Below are positions 1-10,118 of a stretch of 64,000 nt of DNA, piece after piece (the stretch's first letter is position 1; the number at the start of each line of letters is the position of its first letter). A program made the translations under genes and the position numbers. The notes beneath the pieces were generated by a model. That model was not told the origin of the DNA, did not search any database, and worked only from the letters and a program-made list of their open reading frames with translations. The stretch is from assembly GCA_001805445.1 (NCBI GenBank), contig MHGF01000036.1, positions 7,526 through 71,525 on the forward strand, in the 5' to 3' direction. The DNA comes from Omnitrophica WOR_2 bacterium GWF2_43_52 (lineage in GTDB: Bacteria > Omnitrophota > Gorgyraeia > Gygaellales > UBA12090).

Positions 1-183
1 AAATCGATCCTGGTTTTTATAGGCCCTGAAGGCGACTTTAGCGAGGAAGAAATAGCCCTTGCCAAAGAAAACGGCTGTCATGGGATTTCTTTGGGTGAGC
101 TGACGCTTAAGGTTGATACCGCGGCAATTGCGGTGGTTGCATTTTTAAAGTTTTCATATTATCAGGCGCGAGAGTTCAGGTGA
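1..183 (+). CDS. rsmE: 16S rRNA m3U1498 methyltransferase RsmE, C-terminal part (5'-truncated by window)
   Basis: Manual frame-1 translation KSILVFIGPEGDFSEEEIALAKENG..ISLGELTLKVDTAAI..; IGPEG SPOUT motif; TGA at 181-183; rsmE-mtaB synteny. Confidence 0.9.
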   Translation, partial: KSILVFIGPEGDFSEEEIALAKENGCHGISLGELTLKVDTAAIAVVAFLKFSYYQAREFR

Positions 184-264
184 GGTTAAAAGAAAAAACT
201 TCCTGAGTGGCTAGCCTGAAACGTTATCATTGTGCTTATGGAGGTAGTAACCAAGCGTATCACT

Positions 265-1554
265 ATGAAGACATTTGAAGTAAGGACGTTAGGCTGTAAA
301 GTAAATCAGTATGAGAGTCAGGCATTGCGGGAACGCCTCCTGCGTTTAGGGCTGAAGGAGTCCCGGGGAGAGATTGCGGATGTTTATGTGATAAACACCT
401 GCTCGGTAACCCATAGGGCGGACAAGGAATCTCGTGATGCCATTCGCAAATTAAATTGTGTTAATCCCAAGGCGCAAATATTTGTTACCGGTTGTTCCGC
501 GGAAAACGCCCCGGAGAAATTAAAATCACTTGGCGGGGTTACGCGTATCGTGGGGAATATTCAGAAGGATAACCTGCCGCAGTTTATCGTATCCAGCAGC
601 GAAGGGATATCTGGTGGGCGATTGGGCATCAGCGGATTTGCTGGGCATACCAGGGCATTCTTGAAGATCCAGGACGGCTGTAATAACGGATGTTCGTATT
701 GTATTATTCCTACATTGCGCGGTAGCTCTCACAGCAGGAAGTTAGCGGAGATTATACAAGAGGCGCGGGATTTAGCCGCAAACGGTTATAAGGAGATCGT
801 GCTCTGCGGGATATGTGTCGGTGCCTATGGAAAAGATATCGCCCTTAGCGCGGGGTTGGTAAAGGTCATCGGGGAATTAGAAAAAATCGAGGGTTTGAGG
901 CGTATCCGGCTGAGTTCTATTGAGGCAACGGATGTAACTCCTGAGCTTATAGAGGCATTTGCTCATTCTAAGAAGCTTTGTTCCCACCTGCATATTCCCT
1001 TTCAAAGCGGGGATGATAAAATATTACGATTGATGAACCGTCCAATGAGCTCTGACGGTTATCGGAAGTTAATCCTTTCTTTGCGCGGGATTATGCCGCA
1101 GATAGGGATTACTACTGATATGATGGTGGGATTTCCCGGTGAGGATGAAAAAAGTTTCGCCGCGACGGTTCAGTTTTTGAAGGAAATCCATCCCTCAAGG
1201 ATGCATGTTTTTTCTTTTAGCCCCCGTAAAAATACCTTGGCATTTCGGCTCGGCTCGACAGTGAATCCCTTTATCAAAAAAGAGAGGGCGCGGCATTTGA
1301 AGTCTTTAGCCAAAGACTTTTTACTTGATTTTTCACGGGCACAGCTGGGAAGAACTATGGAGGTTTTAGTTGAAGCAAGCCCTTATAGAGATACTGGCTT
1401 ATATAAAGGCTATAGCAGTAATTATGTAAAAGTATTTATTAGAAGCGCAGAACCTGTTATAAATAAAGTAGTTACGTTAGAGGCAGTAAAAGTTTATGCT
1501 GATGGAATCCTTGCTGGAATGTCCCGAGAAAGCGCTTTCCTTGACACAACTTAG
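265..1554 (+). CDS. mtaB: tRNA t6A37 methylthiotransferase MtaB
   Basis: TLGCKVNQYES, NTCSVT, TGC, KIQDGCNNGCSYC, HLHIPFQSG; ATG at 265 preferred over 232. Confidence 0.93.
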   Translation: MKTFEVRTLGCKVNQYESQALRERLLRLGLKESRGEIADVYVINTCSVTHRADKESRDAIRKLNCVNPKAQIFVTGCSAENAPEKLKSLGGVTRIVGNIQKDNLPQFIVSSSEGISGGRLGISGFAGHTRAFLKIQDGCNNGCSYCIIPTLRGSSHSRKLAEIIQEARDLAANGYKEIVLCGICVGAYGKDIALSAGLVKVIGELEKIEGLRRIRLSSIEATDVTPELIEAFAHSKKLCSHLHIPFQSGDDKILRLMNRPMSSDGYRKLILSLRGIMPQIGITTDMMVGFPGEDEKSFAATVQFLKEIHPSRMHVFSFSPRKNTLAFRLGSTVNPFIKKERARHLKSLAKDFLLDFSRAQLGRTMEVLVEASPYRDTGLYKGYSSNYVKVFIRSAEPVINKVVTLEAVKVYADGILAGMSRESAFLDTT

Positions 1555-1569
1555 GTTATATGTTATACT
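1541..1569 (+). promoter_or_regulatory. sigma70-type promoter
   Basis: TTGACA (1541-1546), 17-nt spacer ending TGT, TATACT (1564-1569), upstream of the cvpA-NIF3-dnaG-rpoD run. Confidence 0.75.
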
Positions 1570-1674
1570 TAAGAACGAAGTGGCCTGCCATTTTAAAGCA
1601 TTTTAGCCTTAGATTATTCGTCAGGATTATAATAGGAGATGCCCTCTAGTGGGGTTTAAACAAGGGGAGGTCGT

Positions 1675-2256
1675 ATGGCCATCCAGGAAACATTGGCTAA
1701 GTTTAATTGGATTGATTTATTGGCGCTTCTTTTATTGTTAAGAACCTGTTCGGTAGGTTTAAGAAGCGGACTGATTATAGGCTTGTTTAAGATAGTCGGC
1801 TGGATAGTATCGCTTTTAGTTTCTCTGCATTATTTTTCCGAAGCCGGCAGGTATCTGGTGCGCCTTATTCCTCCGTTTGGAGCTGATTTTTCAAATTTCG
1901 CCTGCTATATTATTTTGTCTATGTTAGCCTATATTGCTATAGCGTTCTTTAGGCAGGCAATTTTGCGCTTGGTCAAACCTGAGGCTACCAGCGCTGTGGA
2001 TCGGTGGGGAGGATTATTTTTGGGATTTTTTGTCGGAATTATGCTCTTGAGTGCTGTATTTATCGGTTTCCATTTATCCGGTATTACCTATGTAAAGGAA
2101 AGCCTGAAGCGCTCAGGTACGGGTACCGCGATAGCCTATACCAACGTTAAGGCCTATGAAGGTATTGTTAACGGTATTGTCTCCAAATTTAGCCCGGACA
2201 CAACAGTAAACCAGGATATCTATTCCGCGTTTGAATCCCCGGCGCTTGAGGAATAA
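1675..2256 (+). CDS. cvpA: CvpA / colicin V production family membrane protein
   Basis: NWIDL start, four TM segments, DRWGGLFLG motif; strong RBS GGGGAGG. Confidence 0.8.
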   Translation: MAIQETLAKFNWIDLLALLLLLRTCSVGLRSGLIIGLFKIVGWIVSLLVSLHYFSEAGRYLVRLIPPFGADFSNFACYIILSMLAYIAIAFFRQAILRLVKPEATSAVDRWGGLFLGFFVGIMLLSAVFIGFHLSGITYVKESLKRSGTGTAIAYTNVKAYEGIVNGIVSKFSPDTTVNQDIYSAFESPALEE

Positions 2257-2258
2257 GC

Positions 2259-3206
2259 ATGACATTAAAGAAATTATATGAGTTGATTGTTAAGCTTGGT
2301 ATCAGCAGGGATCCCCGTGGCGTAGCCATGCGTGAATATTTTTCTGCTATCAGGAAAGAGTACCGCGGCCTGCGGGGGGTTGAACGGCGTTATTTTGATC
2401 GAGAGGCATTGACAAATCCGTTTTCCGATACCAGGATACTCTATGGCGATAGAGAGCATCGGGTAAAGAAAATCCTCGTCGGTATTGATATTGAGGCTCC
2501 GGAGATTTTACTCGCGGATAAAATCAGGGAAAAGGACGGCCTTGACTTAGTGATTGCGCATCATCCGGAAGGCATAGCCTACGCGGGTTTAGCGGAGGTA
2601 ATGCGGGTGCATAATTTTATTCTGCAAAAATTAGGCTTGCATAAAGAGGTTGTTGATGATTTTGTCAAGGAGCGTAGTAATGAGGTTGCGCGGCGGATAT
2701 CTTCTGCCAACCATTCTCGGGCAGTGGATGCCGCACGGCTTTTAAATATTCCCTTTTTATGCTGCCATACGCCTTCGGATAATTTTGTCGCGGGGTATCT
2801 CCAGGCATTGCTTGATAAAAGTAAGCCTAAAAAAGTAGGCGATATTATGAATATCCTCTATAAAATTCCGGAGTATACAGGGGCGCTTATCAGGAAGGCC
2901 GGGCCAAAGATTGTTTTGGGTAAGGCTGGAAAGAAGGCAGGAAAAGTTTTTGTAGATATGACCGGCGGCACTGAGGGGCCGAAGGAACTTTTTGCCAGGC
3001 TTTCACAGGCAGGAGTGGGGACTTTGGTATGCATGCATCTTTCCGAAGAGCATTTTGCCAAGGTAAAGCCGGAACATATCAATGTGGTGATAGCAGGCCA
3101 TATGGCCTCCGATAACTTAGGGCTGAATTTACTTTTTGATAAAATCGAGTCTGTGGAAAAGCTGGATATTGAATGTTGCTCCGGGTTTGAAAGAATACGG
3201 CGCTAA
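2259..3206 (+). CDS. NIF3 (NGG1p-interacting factor) family dinuclear metal protein
   Basis: NPFSDTR, AHHPEG, HTPSDN, DMTGGTEG, MHLSE, AGHMASD motifs. Confidence 0.8.
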   Translation: MTLKKLYELIVKLGISRDPRGVAMREYFSAIRKEYRGLRGVERRYFDREALTNPFSDTRILYGDREHRVKKILVGIDIEAPEILLADKIREKDGLDLVIAHHPEGIAYAGLAEVMRVHNFILQKLGLHKEVVDDFVKERSNEVARRISSANHSRAVDAARLLNIPFLCCHTPSDNFVAGYLQALLDKSKPKKVGDIMNILYKIPEYTGALIRKAGPKIVLGKAGKKAGKVFVDMTGGTEGPKELFARLSQAGVGTLVCMHLSEEHFAKVKPEHINVVIAGHMASDNLGLNLLFDKIESVEKLDIECCSGFERIRR

Positions 3207-3363
3207 GCCTTGATTCTAGAGAAAGAAAGTTTTTTTAAAAGCGCCAAGGGGGGTTAATCACCCTATGCCGTTTTAGGTCCTTACAGCATGTTTCCAAAGA
3301 GCGCGCCGTATCTTTGAGTATCCATTGTGATAACCAGAAAAAACAACAGTTTTAAAAATTAGC

Positions 3364-5136
3364 ATGGCATTGATTCCCGAGAGCACTATTGAAGAAATCC
3401 TCTCGCGTATAGATATTATCGAGTTGATTTCAAGCTGTATCCCCTTAAAGCGTATAGGTAAAAGCTATAAGGCGCTGTGTCCTTTCCATAGCGAAAAAAC
3501 CCCTTCTTTTGTAGTAAGCCAGGACCGTCAGATTTTTCATTGTTTTGGTTGTTCAGCGGGTGGCAACGCGATAGGGTTTTTAATGCAGTATGAGCGCCTG
3601 CAATTCCCCGAGGCGGTTGAGGCTTTGGCTAAAAAGGCGGGAGTCATCCTGCCGCAGGCTTCTTCGAGCGCTCAGGAAACGCGCAATCGCGCGGTAACGC
3701 CGCAACTCTACGCAGTCAATGAACTAGCGGCTCAATTTTATAGTAAGTATCTTTGTTCTCCGGAAGGAAAAACAGCGCTTGCCTACCTTAAAAAAAGAGG
3801 TATCGGTTCGGAGTTGATTACAAGCTTTAAGATAGGCTATGCCCCCAGCCGATGGGATGGCTTGCTTACCTATGCAAGAGATAAAAATTATTCCTTAGGG
3901 CTTATTGAAAAGGCGGGTTTGGTTATTCCCAAGGATGGAGGGGGATACTATGACCGTTTTCGGGGCAGGCTTATGATTCCTATCGTTGATGCGAAAGATA
4001 GGGTCGTTGCCTTTGGGGCACGGGTTTTAGATCAGTCGTTTCCAAAATACATCAATTCCCCTGAAACCGCTGTCTATACCAAAGGTAAAATTCTCTTCGG
4101 ATTAATAACCGCGGCCCAGGAAATACGCGCGCAGGATACGGTGATCATTGTTGAGGGTTATTTCGACCTTATGATGCCTTACCAGGCAGGCATAAAGAAT
4201 ATCGTTGCCTCCTGCGGCACAGCGTTGACACTAGAGCAGATACGGCTCCTGAAGCGCTATACCCATAATGTCATTATGATTTACGATTCGGATAATGCCG
4301 GGCAGATGGCAACGATGCGCAGTTTACATACCTTAGTCCACGAGGGGATGGATGTGAAGGTAGTGTGCCTTCCTCAAGGCTATGACCCCGATGCGTATAT
4401 GCGCCATTTCGGCCCTGAGAAGTTTCGGGCGTTGGTAGCTCAGGCAAAAGATATCTTTGATTATGCCATTGATATGCTAAAAATAAAATACAACCCTTGC
4501 GAGGTAAGCGGTAAGGTGAAAATAGCATCTGAAATGCTTGTACTCATCGGCAGTTTTGATAATACAGTTATTGTATCCGCGTACATAAAGAAATTAGCGC
4601 AAGAGTTAACCCTTGATGAACATTCTCTTTTAGTAGAGTTTAAGAAAATAAAGCATGCCGCGCTCTCGCCTATGCATGAGAAAAAAACGCCCGTTTCCGT
4701 GAAACCGTTTTTAGCTTCGTTAGCGTCGGAGCGTTTGTTGGTGAAATTAATGTTGGAGGAGCAGGAGCTTATCGAGAATCTAAAAGGAAAAATTACTCCC
4801 GCGGATTTCCGGGACAGCCATTTAAGCCGGATAGTCGAGAGGATGTTTGATTTATTCTGTCAAGGAAAGAAAATCGACGCGAAAAGCTTAGTCAATGATT
4901 TCTCGGACTCCTCTCTTTCTGCTGTGATCTGTGAGCTTGCCGCAGGTGACGGCCCCCAGTCGCCAGACCGCGGAAAGGCTATGAATGACTGTATTAAACG
5001 GATGAAGGAAGACACGCGCAAACTAAAACAGCAGGAGATCTGCGAAAAGATGAAATTGGCTGAAGTGCAAAAAGATGAGCATAGGCTAAAAGAGCTATTG
5101 GAAGAATTTCAGTGTTTGTCTAAAAAGGGAGGATAA
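3364..5136 (+). CDS. dnaG: DNA primase
   Basis: [15 protein letters not shown] zinc finger, [14 protein letters not shown] and YDSD Toprim motifs. Confidence 0.97.
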   Translation: MALIPESTIEEILSRIDIIELISSCIPLKRIGKSYKALCPFHSEKTPSFVVSQDRQIFHCFGCSAGGNAIGFLMQYERLQFPEAVEALAKKAGVILPQASSSAQETRNRAVTPQLYAVNELAAQFYSKYLCSPEGKTALAYLKKRGIGSELITSFKIGYAPSRWDGLLTYARDKNYSLGLIEKAGLVIPKDGGGYYDRFRGRLMIPIVDAKDRVVAFGARVLDQSFPKYINSPETAVYTKGKILFGLITAAQEIRAQDTVIIVEGYFDLMMPYQAGIKNIVASCGTALTLEQIRLLKRYTHNVIMIYDSDNAGQMATMRSLHTLVHEGMDVKVVCLPQGYDPDAYMRHFGPEKFRALVAQAKDIFDYAIDMLKIKYNPCEVSGKVKIASEMLVLIGSFDNTVIVSAYIKKLAQELTLDEHSLLVEFKKIKHAALSPMHEKKTPVSVKPFLASLASERLLVKLMLEEQELIENLKGKITPADFRDSHLSRIVERMFDLFCQGKKIDAKSLVNDFSDSSLSAVICELAAGDGPQSPDRGKAMNDCIKRMKEDTRKLKQQEICEKMKLAEVQKDEHRLKELLEEFQCLSKKGG

Positions 5137-5138
5137 CG

Positions 5139-6701
5139 TTGGCTAAGGTGAATGTCAAGAGAGATTTAAAAAAGATTATTAGCTTGGGAAAGCAAAAGGG
5201 TTTTCTGACGTACGACGAACTCAATGACCTGCTTCCCGAAGATATTTCTTCTACCGAAGAGATTGACCAAATTTTTGAGCTTTTAGGCAGTGAGGACATC
5301 CGCATTATTAATCCTCTTGACCAGAAGGGGAAAGAGGCTGAAGAGCCGGAAGAGCAGGTAAAGGAGCTCTTGGATGAAAAGCTTATTCTTGAGAGCAGGT
5401 TTGTTCCACTCGACGATCCGGTAAAAATGTACCTCAAGCAGATGGGCTCTATCGCTCTTTTAACCCGGGAAGAGGAAATCACCCTGGCAAAAAAAATAGA
5501 AGCGACGGAAGTAGAGCTGTGCGAGGCGGTGTATTCCACGGCATATGCCAGGGCTGAAGTTTTAAAGGTTGTAAATAGTTTATTCCATAAGGAGGCTAAT
5601 CTAGAAGATATCCTTAAGGAGGAAATTAAAGTAAAAAAAGAGTCAATCATGCGGCGTTTTTCGCGCCTGGCGCATCGGCTAAGGCATTCACGGATGCAAT
5701 CGAATAATGTAAAGCTGCTTATGTCATTCGGTTTTACCACCTCTATTGTTGAGGACACCGCGAAGAACTTTATGGCTATGCTAAAAGAGCTTGATGAGGC
5801 AACCCGCAGGCTTGAGCAGTCTCCAAAGAAATCACCTAAGATACCGGACTATAGGGCCAAGAGAAGGGAGCTGTTAAAGCTCTTAGGCAGCCAGTCGCCA
5901 GAGACACTCAAGGAAAGTAGTAAAATAATAAGGATGCGGCTTTTCAGGTTCAATAAGGCAAAGAAAAAACTAGTTGAGGCAAATCTGAGGCTAGTAGTAA
6001 GTATTGCCAAGAAATATACCAATCGGGGGATGTCCTTTCTGGATTTGATTCAGGAGGGTAACATCGGGCTTATGCGCGCGGTTGAGAAGTTTGAATATAA
6101 GCGCGGGTATAAATTTTCAACCTATGCCACCTGGTGGATCCGCCAGGCGATTACCCGCTCCATAGCTGACCAGGCACGCACTATCCGCATCCCTGTGCAT
6201 ATGACAGAGGTAATCAACAAAATTTTACGGGTGAGCAGGATTTTTGTCCAGGAATATGGGCGCGACCCACAGTCTGAAGAGATAGCCAAAGAGATGAGAA
6301 TATCCCAGGATAAAGTAAAAGCGATCTTAAAGATTGCGCAGGAGCCGATTTCTTTGCAAACACCGATTGGCGATGAAGGTGATACCCATTTCGGAGACTT
6401 TATTGAAGATAAAAAGGCTATTTCTCCCGCTAATGCCACGGTGTATTCAATGCTCAAAGATAATATGAGCGAGGCTTTAGCGACGCTGACCGAAAGGGAA
6501 AGGAGAATATTGCTCTTACGTTTTGGCCTTCAGGATGGAACTGCCCGTACCCTGGAAGAGGTGGGTAAGGTTTTTAGGGTAACCCGCGAGAGGGTACGCC
6601 AGATTGAAGCCAAGGCGTTAAAGAAACTGAGGCACCCTACACGCAGCAGGAAACTGCGCACATTTCTTGATATGGCTATTGCAAGCGAGAGAGAGTATTA
6701 A
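5139..6701 (+). CDS. rpoD: RNA polymerase primary sigma factor
   Basis: [51 protein letters not shown]; follows dnaG; TTG start. Confidence 0.97.
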   Translation: MAKVNVKRDLKKIISLGKQKGFLTYDELNDLLPEDISSTEEIDQIFELLGSEDIRIINPLDQKGKEAEEPEEQVKELLDEKLILESRFVPLDDPVKMYLKQMGSIALLTREEEITLAKKIEATEVELCEAVYSTAYARAEVLKVVNSLFHKEANLEDILKEEIKVKKESIMRRFSRLAHRLRHSRMQSNNVKLLMSFGFTTSIVEDTAKNFMAMLKELDEATRRLEQSPKKSPKIPDYRAKRRELLKLLGSQSPETLKESSKIIRMRLFRFNKAKKKLVEANLRLVVSIAKKYTNRGMSFLDLIQEGNIGLMRAVEKFEYKRGYKFSTYATWWIRQAITRSIADQARTIRIPVHMTEVINKILRVSRIFVQEYGRDPQSEEIAKEMRISQDKVKAILKIAQEPISLQTPIGDEGDTHFGDFIEDKKAISPANATVYSMLKDNMSEALATLTERERRILLLRFGLQDGTARTLEEVGKVFRVTRERVRQIEAKALKKLRHPTRSRKLRTFLDMAIASEREY

Positions 6702-6774
6702 TAATTAGGGACAGACACTATTTATTAAAAATGGCGCGTCTAATATGGAAATAAATAGTGTCTGTCCCTAATTA
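6702..6774. repeat. Perfect 25-bp inverted repeat (REP-like)
   Basis: TAATTAGGGACAGACACTATTTATT (6702-6726) and its exact reverse complement (6750-6774), 23-nt loop. Confidence 0.9.
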
Positions 6775-6777
6775 AGC

Positions 6778-6848
6778 GCGGGAGTAGTTCAGTGGTAGAA
6801 CAATAGCCTTCCAAGCTATATATGGGGGTTCGATTCCCCTCTCCCGCT
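6778..6848 (+). tRNA. tRNA-Gly(TCC)
   Basis: GCGGGAG/CTCCCGC acceptor stem, ATAGC-CT-TCC-AA-GCTAT anticodon arm, GGTTCGATTCC T-arm; CCA not encoded. Confidence 0.95.
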
Positions 6849-6856
6849 TTTAAAAA

Positions 6857-7276
6857 ATGAGATTCCTTACCGAACATCTTTGGTTTAACACCTCCACCAA
6901 GCGCGCCTATATAAATATTACCCCTCAGATTGAAGAATTAGTAAGAAAAAGCCAAGTCAAAGAAGGGCTATGTTTAGTCAATGCCATGCATATTACCGCA
7001 AGTGTCTTCATTAACGATGATGAAGATGGCTTGCTGAAAGATTTTGAAAAGTGGCTGGAACGCTTAGCCGCGCATGAGCCGGTTTCGGCGTACAGCCATA
7101 ATCTTACCGGCGAAGATAACGCTGATGCCCATTTAAAGAGGCAGATAATGGGCAGAGAAGTAGTGGTTGCTATTACCAACAGGAAGCTTGATTTTGGCCC
7201 GTGGGAACAGATTTTTTACGGAGAGTTTGATGGTATGCGTAAGAAAAGGGTAATGGTTAAGATTATTGGGGAATAA
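6857..7276 (+). CDS. yjbQ: YjbQ / UPF0047 (secondary thiamine-phosphate synthase) family
   Basis: [29 protein letters not shown] motifs. Confidence 0.9.
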   Translation: MRFLTEHLWFNTSTKRAYINITPQIEELVRKSQVKEGLCLVNAMHITASVFINDDEDGLLKDFEKWLERLAAHEPVSAYSHNLTGEDNADAHLKRQIMGREVVVAITNRKLDFGPWEQIFYGEFDGMRKKRVMVKIIGE

Positions 7277-7294
7277 CAATATAGCAATATAGTA

Positions 7295-7447
7295 CTATGT
7301 TAAAAGCGGATATCAGGGAATCAGGATATTAGGCTTTGGGAATCAGGAGATCAGGAAAGTGGGATTTGTTTTTGTCCCTAATATCCTGATGCCCTGATTG
7401 CCAAATCCTGATACCCAGATTACCTCATTCCCGTATTACACATATTG
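7295..7447. repeat. Dispersed 8-mer-based inverted-repeat element (ATCAGG/CCTGAT family), copy 1
   Basis: Left arm of ATCAGGnn units, right arm of CCTGATnn units; homologous to 16536-16688 and 18631-18763. Confidence 0.8.
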
Positions 7448-7594
7448 TAGTTACTGCTGAAAAACCTTTATTTTGCACGAATAGGCACAAATTACACACA
7501 AATACACACGAATTAATTCGTCGCTGTATTCGTGATGATTAGTGTGTAATTCGTGGGAATTCGTGTTTAAAAGACGCTTTTTCAGTGATAACTA
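7448..7594. repeat. TIR-bounded element with CACGAAT/ATTCGTG tandem units
   Basis: Ends TAGTTACTGCTGAAAAA / TTTTTCAGTGATAACTA; inner CAC(G/A)AAT units followed by ATTCGTG units. Confidence 0.7.
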
Positions 7595-7614
7595 TTGTAA
7601 GAAGGGGGGATGCT

Positions 7615-8391
7615 ATGGCAGAGGAATTCCTAAAACCGGTGTATCTGGAAGCGTTTGATCTTGATGACGCATGGTTTCAGTGCCTTAGTGCGATTATCGA
7701 AAATGGCCACATTTACTCTATTGACCGCGGCAGTTATCAGGGGCAGCGCCGCCTGGAGTTTGATTTTGTTACGGTGAGGGTAAAAAAACCGTCGCATCAG
7801 ATTATTCCTGTTATTCCCGAGGGGATGTCTATTCCCTCGCCCACGGATATGGAGTATGTGCAAGGGTATTTAAGTTACCTGCTTACCGGAACTAAGACGA
7901 ATACGGAAGATTATACCTATGGAGAGCGTTTGGTTGACGCGAAAGCCCGTGTGCGTAACGGCGATTTAGTCAAAGAAATGCCGCTTGAAGTAAACCAGAT
8001 AGAAGAAGTTATCAGGATGTATAAAACCCAGGGTTTTGGCACGAACCAGGCAACGATGGAAATCGGTATGCCTTCGGATATAAAGCTTGAAGACCCGCCT
8101 TGCCTAAGAATTATTGATACGCGCATCCGTTACGGGAAACTGCATTTTATACTTTACTTTCGTTCCTGGGATTTGTGGGGAGGGTTTCCTTCTAATTTGG
8201 GAGGGCTGCAGTTAGTTAAGCAGTATATGGCTTCAGAGATAGGTGTGGAAGACGGTGAGATTATTGCCTGCAGCAAGGGGCTGCATTTGTATGAGTATTC
8301 CTGGGAATTAGCCCAGATGCGTACGAAGAAAGTTATTAAAACAAACCCTACAAAGAGTAATCCCTTCGTAACTTCTTCCCGGTCGTGTTGA
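7615..8391 (+). CDS. thyA: Thymidylate synthase (short, archaeal-like ThyA)
   Basis: YTYGERL, DPPCLR catalytic Cys, FRSWD, PSN, LHLY; ATG at 7615 with GGGGGG RBS. Confidence 0.8.
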   Translation: MAEEFLKPVYLEAFDLDDAWFQCLSAIIENGHIYSIDRGSYQGQRRLEFDFVTVRVKKPSHQIIPVIPEGMSIPSPTDMEYVQGYLSYLLTGTKTNTEDYTYGERLVDAKARVRNGDLVKEMPLEVNQIEEVIRMYKTQGFGTNQATMEIGMPSDIKLEDPPCLRIIDTRIRYGKLHFILYFRSWDLWGGFPSNLGGLQLVKQYMASEIGVEDGEIIACSKGLHLYEYSWELAQMRTKKVIKTNPTKSNPFVTSSRSC

Positions 8392-8481
8392 TATGACAAA
8401 CGAAGCCTGTATCTTTGGGTGAGGTTACCTACTCAGGATGAAATCTGCCATAGGGTAGCTTCGAGCTACGCTTGAGCATAG

Positions 8482-8528
8482 TGCTACACTCTCGCGCGGT
8501 AATGAGCGCGAACGTGTAGCATTTTTTT
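8482..8528 (+). terminator. Putative intrinsic terminator
   Basis: TGCTACAC..CGCGC..GCGCG..GTGTAGCA hairpin followed by a T7 run. Confidence 0.55.
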
Positions 8529-8541
8529 CGAAACGAAGATA

Positions 8542-8570
8542 TTGACAGTGAAGAGTTTCTTAGCTATTAT
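8542..8570 (+). promoter_or_regulatory. sigma70-type promoter for gpsA
   Basis: TTGACA (8542-8547), 17 nt, TATTAT (8565-8570). Confidence 0.65.
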
Positions 8571-8602
8571 AGATTGTTTCATTATATATACTATGGAGAG
8601 CG

Positions 8603-9601
8603 ATGCAAAAGGTTACAATTCTTGGGGATGGAGGCTGGGGGACGACACTTGCTATCCTGTTAGCCCATAAGGGTTTTCAGGTATGTCTTTGGGGAGCATT
8701 TGAGGAAAATATTAACCGTATACATAAGCGGGGGGTTAATGATAAATTCCTCCCGGGTATTCGCGTTCCTTCCTCAATAAAGCTTACTTCGGACTTATCA
8801 GCAGCCATTAGTGACGCGCAGGTAATTATTCTTGCTGTGCCTTCGCAATTTATCCGTCAGGTAGTAAGGCGTATCGCGCCCTTGAAGAAGGCGGGAGTAC
8901 CTTTGGTAAGCGTGATTAAGGGGATTGAAACCAAAACGCTTCGGCGTATGTCTGAGGTTATTTATCAAGAATTAGGCAGGCGCCTGAAACTGGCAGTACT
9001 TTCAGGCCCGACGATTGCCCTAGAAGTCGCTCAGGGTATTCCTACTACCGCGGTAGTAGCTGCTACGGACAAATCTCTGGCTCAGGCACTACAGCATATG
9101 TTTATCACCGATAGATTCAGGGTGTATACGAATTCAGATGTTATAGGGGTAGAATTAGGCGGGAGCCTTAAAAATATCATTGCTATCGCTTGCGGGATAT
9201 CCGATGGCTTAGGCTTTGGCACGAATACGAAAGCAGCGCTTTTGGCGAGGGGATTGGCAGAAATGAGCCGTTTGGGTATAGTGATGGGGGCTAAAAAAGA
9301 AACCTTTAGCGGAATAAGCGGCTTGGGTGATTTAGTGACTACCTGTATAAGCTTGCAGAGCCGTAATAGATTTGTCGGTGAGCAAATCGGGAAAGGTAAA
9401 AAACTAAAGGATATTTTATCGCATATGAATATGGTGGCAGAAGGCGTGCCTACCGCGAAAGCCGGGTATCTCTTGAGCAGAAAATACAAAGTCGCGATGC
9501 CCATTACCGAACAGGTCTACAATGTCCTCTATAAAAACAAGAACCCGCTTAAGGCGGTAAATGATTTGATGAGGCGGGAGAAGAAGGCGGAGATTAGTTA
9601 A
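8603..9601 (+). CDS. gpsA: NAD(P)H-dependent glycerol-3-phosphate dehydrogenase
   Basis: GDGGWG, KGIE, LSGPT, GGSLKN, GLGDL..SRN, AEG motifs. Confidence 0.95.
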   Translation: MQKVTILGDGGWGTTLAILLAHKGFQVCLWGAFEENINRIHKRGVNDKFLPGIRVPSSIKLTSDLSAAISDAQVIILAVPSQFIRQVVRRIAPLKKAGVPLVSVIKGIETKTLRRMSEVIYQELGRRLKLAVLSGPTIALEVAQGIPTTAVVAATDKSLAQALQHMFITDRFRVYTNSDVIGVELGGSLKNIIAIACGISDGLGFGTNTKAALLARGLAEMSRLGIVMGAKKETFSGISGLGDLVTTCISLQSRNRFVGEQIGKGKKLKDILSHMNMVAEGVPTAKAGYLLSRKYKVAMPITEQVYNVLYKNKNPLKAVNDLMRREKKAEIS

Positions 9602-9602
9602 G

Positions 9603-9887
9603 GTGCAGTATGTCTATGTGTTACAAAGTTTGAAAGATGGTAATTTTTACACTGGGTATACAGGCGATTTAAAACGCCGAATAGAAGAACATAACAGCGG
9701 TTTGCAAGTTTCAACTAAAGCCAGAATGCCTTTTAAGCTTGTTTATTATGAATGGTGTATATCAAAAGAGGACGCGATTAATAGAGAGAAATATTTAAAA
9801 AGTGGCAGAGGTAAGGCGTATCTAAAAGAAAGAATCAGGCATTATTTACAGGAGTTTGACGGAGTGCTCCTCGAACAAAACCTGTAA
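9603..9887 (+). CDS. Small stand-alone GIY-YIG nuclease (UPF0213-like)
   Basis: YVYVL..FYTGYT..RR..EHN..LVYYE..A..REKYLKSG; GTG start. Confidence 0.88.
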   Translation: MQYVYVLQSLKDGNFYTGYTGDLKRRIEEHNSGLQVSTKARMPFKLVYYEWCISKEDAINREKYLKSGRGKAYLKERIRHYLQEFDGVLLEQNL

Positions 9888-10118
9888 TTAGAATAGCGTA
9901 GGTACAGGAAAGATGATGAGGGGGCGTGCCCCGTACAAAACCTGTAATTTACAGAGCAAAGTTTTGTTCGGGGCGTGCCCCGAACAAATTTTCTGTATAG
10001 GATGTTGATATAAATTAAATTTTATAAAATAGATACCTGGGTATAGTAATTGACTATGGGGGGGCGTGCCCCGTACAAAATTGCTATACTTAGATATAAC
10101 AATTTTGTACGGGGCGTG
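9861..10118. repeat. Array of GGGGCGTGCCCCG(T/A)ACAAA repeats / palindromic cassettes ending in the tRNA-Pro 5' end
   Basis: Copies at 9861 (degenerate), 9921, 9970 and 10061; GGGGCGTG also forms tRNA positions 2-9 at 10111; perfect 16-bp inverted repeat 10068-10083/10100-10115. Confidence 0.85.

Noticed and set aside
3207-3363. Structured element upstream of dnaG
   Set aside because: Only TTTTAAAA at both ends; no convincing pairing or second copy
9861-10118. CRISPR array
   Set aside because: Repeat only ~20 nt, periods very irregular (49-91 nt), spacer ends complementary to the repeat, no cas genes; reported as a different kind of array
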